Of a DNA stretch of 58,601 nucleotides, positions 30,091 to 38,570 are shown one piece after another. The stretch is from an uncultured Clostridia bacterium (GTDB lineage: Bacteria; Bacillota; Clostridia; TANB77; CAG-508). Where the stretch lies: positions 1-58,601 of the forward strand of contig CALXUX010000084.1 in assembly GCA_944391785.1 (NCBI GenBank), written 5' to 3'. The translations under genes and the position numbers were made by a program. How positions within the stretch are numbered: position 1 is the first letter of the stretch; each line of letters begins with the position of its first letter. The notes below the pieces were generated by a model. The model saw only the letters and a program-made list of their open reading frames with translations. It was not told the origin of the DNA and did not search any database.

Positions 30091-31095
30091 ATGTTTAAAT
30101 TTGGTTTTGGACAAGACGTAGGTATAGATTTAGGAACAGCAACAGTAATTGTATATGTCAAAGGAAAGGGAATTGTACTTAGAGAACCATCAGTAGTAGC
30201 AGTAGACAGTAACAGTGGAGATGTATTAGCAGTAGGAGGAGAAGCAAGAAGAATGCTTGGAAGAACACCAGGAAATATCATAGCAACAAGACCTTTAAGA
30301 GAAGGTGTAATATCAGACTATACAGTTACAGAAAAAATGATAAAATATTGCATAAACAAAGTATGTGGCAAATTTGTATTCTCCCCAAGAATAATGATAT
30401 GTATCCCATCACAAGTAAAAAAAAAAAAAAAAAAAGCAGTAATTGATGCTGCAATGCAAGCAGGAGCAAGAAAAGTATTTTTAATAGAAGAACCAATAGC
30501 AGCAGCAATAGGAGCAGGAATAGACATAGCAAAACCTTGTGGAAACATGGTAGTAGACATAGGTGGAGGAACAACAGACATTGCAGTAATATCACTTGGA
30601 GGATCAGTAGTAAACAGTTCACTTAAAGTCGCAGGAGACAAATTCGATGAAGCAATAGTAAAATATATAAAGAAAAAGCACAACATAGCAATAGGAGAAA
30701 GAACAGCAGAAGACTTAAAAGTAAACATAGGATGTGTATATCCAAAAATTCAAGATGTCGAAATGGACATAAGAGGAAGAGATTTACTTACAGGGTTACC
30801 AAAAACAATAACAATTCACTCATCAGAAATGCTAGAAGCACTAATAGAACCAGCAATGATGATAGTAGACGCAGTCCATGGAGTGCTAGAGAGAACACCA
30901 CCAGAACTTGCAGCAGACATAAGTGACAAAGGAATATACATGACAGGAGGAGGCTGTTTAATAGACGGTTTAGATAGACTATTACAAGAAAAAACAGGAA
31001 TAAATGTAATGATAGCACAAGACACAGTATCATGTGTAGCATTAGGAACAGGAAAAGCACTAGAAAATTTAGATGTATTAGAAGGTAAAAGATAA
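30091..31095 (+). CDS. mreB: Rod-shape protein MreB/Mbl, containing a 19-nt poly(A) tract that encodes KKKKKK
   Basis: GIDLGTATVIVYVKGKGIVLREPSVVA, ...EEPIAAAIGAG..., DIGGGTTD. The A run spans 30417-30435. Confidence 0.9.
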   Translation: MFKFGFGQDVGIDLGTATVIVYVKGKGIVLREPSVVAVDSNSGDVLAVGGEARRMLGRTPGNIIATRPLREGVISDYTVTEKMIKYCINKVCGKFVFSPRIMICIPSQVKKKKKKAVIDAAMQAGARKVFLIEEPIAAAIGAGIDIAKPCGNMVVDIGGGTTDIAVISLGGSVVNSSLKVAGDKFDEAIVKYIKKKHNIAIGERTAEDLKVNIGCVYPKIQDVEMDIRGRDLLTGLPKTITIHSSEMLEALIEPAMMIVDAVHGVLERTPPELAADISDKGIYMTGGGCLIDGLDRLLQEKTGINVMIAQDTVSCVALGTGKALENLDVLEGKR

Positions 31096-32394
31096 TGAAA
31101 AAAGTAGCATTTATAACACTTCGGTTGTAAAGTAAACCAATATGAAACAAATGCAATGGCACAAAAATTCTTAGAAAATGGATATGAAATAGTAGACCAT
31201 ACAAAAAAAGCAGACATATACATAATAAACACCTGTACTGTAACAAACATGTCAGACAGAAAATCAAGACAAAGTCTAAGAAAAGTAAAATCATTAAATC
31301 CTACTGCAGTAGTTATTGCAGTAGGATGTTATGTGCAAGTTGCAAAAAAGGAAATAGAACAAATTCCAGAAATAGATTTAAAGTTAGGTAATAACGAAAA
31401 AGTAGATATAGTTCAATATGTTGAAAAATACATAAAAGAAAACAAAAATCAAAATCAAATCCAAGATGTAATGCAAACAAAAGAATTTTCAGAATTTGGA
31501 GATATCATATATACAGAAAAAACAAGAGCAGTAATAAAAATACAAGACGGATGTGATAGGTTTTGCTCATATTGTATTATACCATATGCAAGAGGAAGAG
31601 TAAGAAGCAGAGAGCCAGAACATATAATATCAGAAATAGAAAAAATTGCACAAAAAGGAATAAAAGAAGTAGTATTAACAGGAATACATATAGCATCATA
31701 TGGTAAAGACTAAAAAACAAAAAAAGAATATAGACTTATAGACTTATTAGAACAAATAAACAAAATACAAGGAATTGAAAGAATAAGATTAGGATCAATA
31801 GAACCACTACTAATAACAGAAGAATTTATGCAAAGACTAATAAAACTAGAAAAAATCTGTCATCACTTTCATTTATCATTACAAAGTGGATGTAATGAAA
31901 CACTAAAAAGAATGAACAGAAGATACAATATAGAACAATTTGAGCAAATAGTAAAAAGCATAAGAAAATATTATGAAGATGCAATATTAACAACAGACAT
32001 AATAGTAGGTTTCCCAGGAGAAACAGAAGAAGAATTTAGTATAACATATGAATTTTTAAAAAGAATCAAATTTTATAAAATGCATATATTTAAATATTCA
32101 CCAAGAAAAGGAACCAAAGCTGCAATAATGCCAAATCAAATAGATGGAAAAATAAAAGAAGAAAGAAGCAAAAAGCTAATAGAATTATCAAACAAAAATC
32201 AAAAAGAATATAATAAAACATATATAGGAAAACAAGTAGAAGTATTATTTGAAGAAAAGGAACAAGAATTTTATAAAGGTCATACCAAAAATTATATAGA
32301 AATTAAATGCAAAACTAATCAAAATATTCAAAACAAAATAATTAGTGTGAAATGTAAAGAAGCAGAAACAGACTATATTATTGCAGAAATCTAA
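31095..32394 (+). pseudogene. mtaB: tRNA threonylcarbamoyladenosine methylthiotransferase MtaB, interrupted twice: a +1 break at in-frame CGG 31122-31124 and an in-frame TAA at 31711-31713
   Basis: ATG 31095 reads MKKVAFITL, then CGG TTG TAA. The +1 frame gives GCKVNQYETNAMAQKF... Radical-SAM motif is GCDRFCSYCIIP. After ...IASYGKD comes TAA, and the same frame continues KTKKEYRLIDLLEQINKIQGIERIRLGSIEP... to 32394. Confidence 0.85.
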
Positions 32395-32605
32395 AAATAA
32401 ACTTTAAGTAAACTAACGAAAAATACATATAAAAAAATGAACAATCACCTAAAAACCATAAAAAATGAAAGAGTATATAATGTAACAAAAGCGAAACAAA
32501 AATGTAATGAAAATGTAATACAAAAAAGTACAAAAAAACTTGATTATTTTCAATATTTATAGTATAAAATAGTAAAGGAAAATAATCACGAAGGAGGAAA
32601 AACAA

Positions 32606-32968
32606 ATGGCAGATTTAGGTGAAGAAAATAAAGTATCAGGTGTTTTTGGAGGAGTAGAATTTCAAGAAAATCAAAATAATAATCAACTAGAAAATAACAT
32701 AAATAATCAAGAAGAAAATCAAATCCAAAATGCTGGAACAATAAGAGATAAAAGTTTACCAGTAAAAAGAGGATTTTGGTCAAAATTCAAAGCATTCTGG
32801 CTACAAGAAATAGATTGGAACAAAGAAATAAAAGTTGAATTAACACCATATCAACAAAAAGTAGAAAATGAAATAAATGAATTTTTACATCAAGAAATAA
32901 CTTGGGAAAAAGTACACAATTTCTTATTCCAAGAAGTAAAATTTGGAAAAAAGAAAAATCAAGCATAA
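32606..32968 (+). CDS. Hypothetical protein
   Basis: RBS GAAGGAGG upstream. 120 aa with an N/Q/E-rich N-terminus. No motif recognised. Confidence 0.55.
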   Translation: MADLGEENKVSGVFGGVEFQENQNNNQLENNINNQEENQIQNAGTIRDKSLPVKRGFWSKFKAFWLQEIDWNKEIKVELTPYQQKVENEINEFLHQEITWEKVHNFLFQEVKFGKKKNQA

Positions 32969-33124
32969 AAAAGTATATAAGGAACCTAAATTATTAGACA
33001 AAAGTTTAATAGTTTAGGTTTTTTAAAATTTATTTTTATAATTATTAAAAAATACTTATAAGCATTAAAATATAATTATAAGCATGAAAATATGTCTATA
33101 AAAACGAAAGAAAGGAAAAAGCAT

Positions 33125-33403
33125 ATGGATTTTGAAATAAAAGAGAATGAAAATGAATTAATATTAATAAAAGAAAATAAGCAAATAGGATTCTTGAAGT
33201 ATGCAAAAGATAAAGAAAACGATTATGTAATACAATCAATAGTAATAGATCAAAACTACAGAGCGCAAGGATATGCAAAAAAACTATTTAATGAATTTAT
33301 AAATAAAGTAAAACAAGAAAACAAAAAAATTACACCAATTTGTACCTATGCACAAAAGCAGTTTGAAAGAGATACAGATATAAAAAATATGTTAAAAAAA
33401 TAA
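33125..33403 (+). CDS. Small GNAT-like acetyltransferase-fold protein (YjdJ-like)
   Basis: MDFEIKENENELILIKENKQIGFLKYAK...IVIDQNYRAQGYAKKLFNEFINKVKQENKKITPICTYAQ. I chose the ATG at 33125 because it follows GAAAGGAAAAAG. Confidence 0.55.
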   Translation: MDFEIKENENELILIKENKQIGFLKYAKDKENDYVIQSIVIDQNYRAQGYAKKLFNEFINKVKQENKKITPICTYAQKQFERDTDIKNMLKK

Positions 33404-33501
33404 TTAAAAAACAGTAACCAAAAAAACGAATCGACCATATCATATACTATACAAAGGAACAACAAGGAAACAAAAAAAGTTTTCGAAAGGAGGTCTAGAC
33501 T

Positions 33502-33618
33502 ATGCCAGAAAACAGAGGATGTGGAGGATTCGGATTTGGTGATGACTGCTGCTGGATAATAATCCTTATATTATTAATATGCTGCTGCTGTGGTGGAAAT
33601 AGAGGAGGATGTTGCTAA
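33502..33618 (+). CDS. 38-aa Cys/Gly-rich hydrophobic peptide (YjcZ-like sporulation peptide architecture)
   Basis: AAAGGAGG RBS 7 nt upstream. MPENRGCGGFGFGDDCCWIIILILLICCCCGGNRGGCC*. A terminator lies downstream. Confidence 0.6.
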   Translation: MPENRGCGGFGFGDDCCWIIILILLICCCCGGNRGGCC

Positions 33619-33694
33619 TCCAAATAAACCCTTTATGCAAAACATATTAAATTTAAACCAAAATAGGTATTAGAAAATTTAAAGTACCTAATTT

Positions 33695-33732
33695 AAAAGC
33701 GAAGAAAATACATTTGTATTGACTTCGCTTTT
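33695..33732. terminator. Bidirectional terminator hairpin
   Basis: AAAAGCGAAG pairs with CTTCGCTTTT. It sits between the convergent peptide gene and the acyl-CoA ligase gene. Confidence 0.65.
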
Positions 33733-33815
33733 AAAGTATATATAAATGTTTTTGTAAGAACATATTTATATAATAAAATGTCCAAATTAGAAAAGTGTAT
33801 AAAAACTATTCAAAA

Positions 33816-35675
33816 TTATTTTGAACTATTATTAAATTTTATATTATCACCATATCTTTTAATTTTTTGAGTTGTTGTCTTTTCAAATTCTTTATCACGA
33901 ATAATAAAATTTTTAATATGTTTATAATTAGGTAATTTGCTATTAACACTTGCAACTACACCGGCTATAATTTTTTTAATTTCTTCTTTAGTTGGAACCA
34001 CACCTTTTAGGTATTCAGAAATTGCTTCTAGATTAGGAAAGATTTGAGCATTGATATATGTTTCATCATCATTTGCTTTATGAATTCCTAAAACTAAAGA
34101 TTCAGAAATTAAAGGGCTATCATTTAAATAATATTCAACTTCTTCAGGGTAAATATTTTTACCATTTTTTGTTACAATAACACTTTTGCATCTACCTGTA
34201 ATATATAAATAACCATTAGAGTCAATATATCCTAAATCACCTGTGTGAAACCAACCATTTTTTAAGACTTTTTCAGTTTCACTTGGCATATTATAATACC
34301 CAAGCATAACATTAGGACCTTTAACTGAAATTTCTCCAATACCAGATTCATTTGGATTATCTATCTTAACTTCAACATTTGGTATAGGAAGACCTACACT
34401 ATCAGCTTTTTGAAAAAAGTCTGTATTACCTACAACCAAAGGAGAACATTCTGTCAGACCATATCCTTGTAAAACATTAAGATTTAATTTATTAAAATCT
34501 TCAATTATATTTGGATTCAAAGTTGCAGCACCAACAATAAAAACTCTTAATCTGCCTCCAAGACTATTTTTTACTTTAGATTTAATAACAGTTCTAATAA
34601 CAAAAGGTAATTTAGTGATATCAATAGAATTATTATTTGATTTACTCATATTTTTTAATTCTATGTTTTCTTTTGGCTTACTATTGGTTGTAATTTTAGA
34701 GTTTTGTTCTTGGCTAGAATTTTTTTCTTGCAAATATTTCTTAGGTAAAGATTTAGCAATACTTTTAAAAATATTTTTATGAACATTTTCAAGTAGTAAA
34801 GGTACACACAAAATAACTGAAGGATGATATTCATTCATATTTTTTAAAATATATTTAAGACCATCACAATAACAAATACTTGCACCACTATATATAGGAA
34901 GCAAAAATCCAATGGTACATTCATAAGTATGATGAAGTGGTAAAATAGAAAAGAATAAATCACTTCTTTTAACTTTTACAATTCCATAAATAGATAATAT
35001 ATTTGAACAGATATTTCTATGTGAAAGGCAAACACCTTTAGCATTACCTGTAGTTCCAGAAGTAAATAGAAGAATTCTCATTTCGTCTGGATCAACTTTA
35101 ATTTCCTCAAAAGAATTATCTCCATTTGAAAATAAAGAATAACCTTGATTTTTAAAATCATCAAAATTTTCAATATTTTGAAAGTAATTTTCCTTTTTAG
35201 AAATATTATCAAAACTTATAAATAAAATATTTTGGTTATTTAGAAGCTTTTTTGCTTGATAAATTTGTTCAAAATTTTTATCATCACCAAGAATACATTC
35301 ACTTTCAGAAATGTTTAAAAAATTTATAACATCTTCAGCATGAAGTTCTTTATCAATAGGTACAGCAATACCAACAATTGTGGCTGCTAAATAAGAAACA
35401 GCCCACTTATATGAATTTTTACCAATTACTGCAATTCTTTTTCCAAGAAAGCCATGATTTATTAATGAAGTTCCAAGTGATACAACATCATTCTTAAAGT
35501 CTTCATATGTTAACTTATAAATTTCATCATTTGAGTTTTTAAGCTTAAATGCAGTTCTAGCTTTATAAATTTTAGCACTACGATATAACATTTCTTTTAA
35601 GTTAGTTACTTCTTCACATTTGTGGTATTTAGTTTTTAACATTTCTGCTACAGTTAAATCTTTATTTTCTTTCAT
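33816..35675 (-). CDS. AMP-binding enzyme, long-chain fatty-acid--CoA ligase-like
   Basis: TSGTTGNAKGVCLSH and GYGLTE motifs, ...TGDLGYIDSNGYLYITGR... I prefer the ATG at 35675 (MKENKDL) because GGGGG lies 9 nt upstream. The protein carries a low-complexity insertion (SSQEQNSKITTNSKPKEN...). Confidence 0.8.
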   Translation of the reverse strand: MKENKDLTVAEMLKTKYHKCEEVTNLKEMLYRSAKIYKARTAFKLKNSNDEIYKLTYEDFKNDVVSLGTSLINHGFLGKRIAVIGKNSYKWAVSYLAATIVGIAVPIDKELHAEDVINFLNISESECILGDDKNFEQIYQAKKLLNNQNILFISFDNISKKENYFQNIENFDDFKNQGYSLFSNGDNSFEEIKVDPDEMRILLFTSGTTGNAKGVCLSHRNICSNILSIYGIVKVKRSDLFFSILPLHHTYECTIGFLLPIYSGASICYCDGLKYILKNMNEYHPSVILCVPLLLENVHKNIFKSIAKSLPKKYLQEKNSSQEQNSKITTNSKPKENIELKNMSKSNNNSIDITKLPFVIRTVIKSKVKNSLGGRLRVFIVGAATLNPNIIEDFNKLNLNVLQGYGLTECSPLVVGNTDFFQKADSVGLPIPNVEVKIDNPNESGIGEISVKGPNVMLGYYNMPSETEKVLKNGWFHTGDLGYIDSNGYLYITGRCKSVIVTKNGKNIYPEEVEYYLNDSPLISESLVLGIHKANDDETYINAQIFPNLEAISEYLKGVVPTKEEIKKIIAGVVASVNSKLPNYKHIKNFIIRDKEFEKTTTQKIKRYGDNIKFNNSSK

Positions 35676-35707
35676 ATCTATTTCCCCCAAATTTTAAAAG
35701 TAAATAT

Positions 35708-36541
35708 TTAATAATCATATTTATAAAAAATAAAATCAGTATCTTGAGTTGTAGTTATTTTTCCATCTAGAATAGAAGATGTCCCATCAGTATAAGGTAT
35801 GTCTAGGTATACATTTGTTTTAAATTTTTCATTATTATTGTTTTCAATATAAATGTCAAAAGATAAAGCACAAGAAATATCGTCAATATTAATTTGGCAT
35901 CTATTAAGAAGTGAACCATCATAGGTTATTGGTATTGATGTATCAGTAATAGTATAGTCTGTTTTTATGTTTTGATTAACTAAACTCAAACAAATAGGAT
36001 TTGCACAATTATTGTATAACACAGGAGTTGATAAATCAGCACTATCTTCAGAGGTAATTGTAAAATCCAAGTTTGAATCGATTTTATTTGTTTCTATAAA
36101 TTCACTATTTGCAAATTTGTTTAAATCTTTATAGTATAATGCGAATGAACCTATTTTTGGAGTAGTAGCAAATTTAATATTTTCTATTCGCAAGGATTTT
36201 AAAGTATTTTCCATTGTATATTCTTCAGAGTTATTATTTATAAAAATAGCAATATCAGTATAAGTGTAAAGATTTTCAATTGTAAAATTAGTTTGACTGC
36301 TTGTCTTATATTTTGAGTCAGCACTACTAAAATAAATAATATTATTGATGGAAAATATAGGATTTTTATTATTTTCTACAAAAGAAATATAATCTTCTGC
36401 CATCAAATTTGCACTTTTATTTATAGTAAAAAAATTGTAAATTAAAAGTATAAAAAAAATTATTAATACAATAGTAAAAATTAAAATAGCAATAAACTTA
36501 AAATTTATTTTCTTAAAGTTATTTTTTAGATTTTTATCCAT
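35708..36541 (-). CDS. Hypothetical protein with an N-terminal membrane anchor
   Basis: 277-aa ORF with TM segment FKFIAILIFTIVLIIFFILLIY. No recognised motif. Confidence 0.55.
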   Translation of the reverse strand: MDKNLKNNFKKINFKFIAILIFTIVLIIFFILLIYNFFTINKSANLMAEDYISFVENNKNPIFSINNIIYFSSADSKYKTSSQTNFTIENLYTYTDIAIFINNNSEEYTMENTLKSLRIENIKFATTPKIGSFALYYKDLNKFANSEFIETNKIDSNLDFTITSEDSADLSTPVLYNNCANPICLSLVNQNIKTDYTITDTSIPITYDGSLLNRCQINIDDISCALSFDIYIENNNNEKFKTNVYLDIPYTDGTSSILDGKITTTQDTDFIFYKYDY

Positions 36542-36730
36542 CTATAGTTTCCTTTCTTATTAGACATTATAATAATACATTTTATTATTAAAATCAAGTA
36601 ATTTATAGTTTAAACTTATATTACTTTCATACAAAAGTTATATTTTGATAATAATTTATAAATAAAAAAATTCCATATTTTAAAATTGACAAAAATAGAC
36701 ACAAAGTTTAAAATGTATATGGGTGATATT

Positions 36731-37984
36731 ATGAAATCGAAAGATAAAAATTATAAATCTAAATTAAAAATCACACTAAAAAATGTAATATATTTTCTTT
36801 TAGGTAGTATTATTTTATTCTATATAATTACATTTTATAACTTATATTTTGGAGTAAATAAATCATATGCAAAAGAAACAGCTATAGAACCACAAAAAAC
36901 TAAAATTAGTCAAGCAGAAAAAATTGATCTAGAACAAATAATTTTAGAAAATTCAAAACCTGGGCTTAAAGAAGAAATTTCAAATCAAGAAGAAACATTA
37001 GAATATATAACAACATATATATCAGATCCTGATATTCCAAAAGGAATATCATATGTAACAAAAGAAGGAAGAAGTGGAAAACAAATAGTTACTATAAAAA
37101 GAACTTACCAAGATGGAGAACTTTTGTCAGAAACTCAAGTTGCAAGTAAAATAACAAAAGCATCATTAAATAAAGAAATTGTTATCGGACAAGGCAAACA
37201 AACAAGTACAAAAACTGTTCAAAAAAAAGATAAAGTATATGTAACATCAGACATATTAGCAGTAATGGTAGAACCAAATGAAGAATCTAAAAAAATTGAG
37301 ACAATAGAAACTGGTGAAGAATTAATAGTAACAGATATACAAGGAAGTTGGTATCAAGTATCTTACAAAGGAAATAGAAGTGGATGGGTAAAGCAAGAAT
37401 GTACTACATATTTATCACCAGGATATAAAGAAGAATTAAATAATTCAAAAACAGAAAATGCAAGTCAAAATAGTAGTAGTAATGGAATAGCAAATTTAAG
37501 TTTTGATATGAACTTAAATAAGCCAAGTGGATTGACTTTAGATCAATTTCAAAAGGTATTAACAGATCAAAAAGATAAAAATCAAATATTTAAAAATAAT
37601 GCAGAATATTTTTATTATATAGAAAAACAATATAATATTAATGGATTGTTTGTTGCAGCAGTGGCAATTCATGAAAGTGGATGGGGAACTTCAAAAATAG
37701 CAAAAGAAAAATATAATTTGTTTGGATATGGAGCATATGATTCTAGTCCGTATAATAGTGCATATCATTTTACAGATTATTCAGAAAGTATAGATTTACT
37801 TTCAAGGGTTTTTGTTAAATATTATTTGAATCCAAAAGGAACTAATATTTATGGTGGAGAAAAGGCTACAGGGCAATATTATGTAAGTCCTACACTTACG
37901 GGAGTGAATAAATATTATGCGTCAGATAAAAATTGGGCTAGTTCGGTGTATAAGTGTATGCAGTATTTATATAATAAATTGTAA
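36731..37984 (+). CDS. Cell-wall hydrolase: G5-like and SH3-like domains plus a C-terminal N-acetylglucosaminidase domain
   Basis: The C-terminus LFVAAVAIHESGWGTSKIAKEKYNLFGYGAYD is typical of mannosyl-glycoprotein endo-beta-N-acetylglucosaminidase domains. The SH3-like segment is GSWYQVSYKGNRSGWV. The start is uncertain (track TTG 36686, ATGs at 36713 and 36731). Confidence 0.75.
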   Translation: MKSKDKNYKSKLKITLKNVIYFLLGSIILFYIITFYNLYFGVNKSYAKETAIEPQKTKISQAEKIDLEQIILENSKPGLKEEISNQEETLEYITTYISDPDIPKGISYVTKEGRSGKQIVTIKRTYQDGELLSETQVASKITKASLNKEIVIGQGKQTSTKTVQKKDKVYVTSDILAVMVEPNEESKKIETIETGEELIVTDIQGSWYQVSYKGNRSGWVKQECTTYLSPGYKEELNNSKTENASQNSSSNGIANLSFDMNLNKPSGLTLDQFQKVLTDQKDKNQIFKNNAEYFYYIEKQYNINGLFVAAVAIHESGWGTSKIAKEKYNLFGYGAYDSSPYNSAYHFTDYSESIDLLSRVFVKYYLNPKGTNIYGGEKATGQYYVSPTLTGVNKYYASDKNWASSVYKCMQYLYNKL

Positions 37985-37990
37985 ACGAAA

Positions 37991-38030
37991 GGTTAAAATT
38001 TGCGGCTTAAAATAAACCGTGAATTGTAAC
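37991..38030. repeat. Solo copy of the left-flank motif of the palindrome-element family
   Basis: GGTTAAAATTTGCGGCTTAAAATAAACCGTG compares with GTTATAATTTATGGCTTAAAATGGGTCGC (44013) and AATTTGCGGCTA/AATTTACGGCTAAAATGAACCGC (50671/50688). Confidence 0.5.
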
Positions 38031-38069
38031 ACAAAAGTGAAAAGAAAAGTAAAATTTTTGTAAATTTTC

Positions 38070-38098
38070 TTGCTATTTTTAAAAAGATATTGTATTAT
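38070..38098 (+). promoter_or_regulatory. Sigma-A-type promoter for the 38163-42226 operon
   Basis: TTGCTA (38070-38075), 17-nt spacer, TATTAT (38093-38098). Confidence 0.5.
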
Positions 38099-38162
38099 AT
38101 AAAGGTAAGAATTTATAAAGGTTATTTTGAAATAGAAAAAAGTAGAAAGGGGCTAAATTGCA

Positions 38163-38567
38163 ATGAAAAAAGCAGTAGTAATATTTGCTATTTTTATAGT
38201 GCTAATAGGTATTTTTGCACAATGTAGTGTTAAAGCTTCAGAAGATGTAATAGATGAAGAAACACAAAGTAAAATAATAGAAATTAAAGATAATCAAGCA
38301 AAGTCATTAGAAGATTATAAAGTAAAGTATGGAACAGATGCATATGGATTAGTTGCATACATATTAAATTTAGTAAGAATATATAGTATTCCATTTTGCT
38401 TCTTAGGAATAGCAATAGGGGCAATACACCAATATATTATAGGTATTAGAAAATTAGACACATTAGAAAAAGGAATGGGGCTTATAGTAACCTTTGTAAC
38501 AATATTAATAATATGCCAAGTTTTACCACTAGCATTTGCGGTTTTTGTAAAATTTGGAAGGGGGTAA
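38163..38567 (+). CDS. Small secreted or membrane protein (signal peptide plus two C-terminal TM helices)
   Basis: MKKAVVIFAIFIVLIGIFAQCSVKA, then two hydrophobic stretches. It stops 3 nt before the next gene. Confidence 0.6.
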   Translation: MKKAVVIFAIFIVLIGIFAQCSVKASEDVIDEETQSKIIEIKDNQAKSLEDYKVKYGTDAYGLVAYILNLVRIYSIPFCFLGIAIGAIHQYIIGIRKLDTLEKGMGLIVTFVTILIICQVLPLAFAVFVKFGRG

Positions 38568-38570
38568 CAA

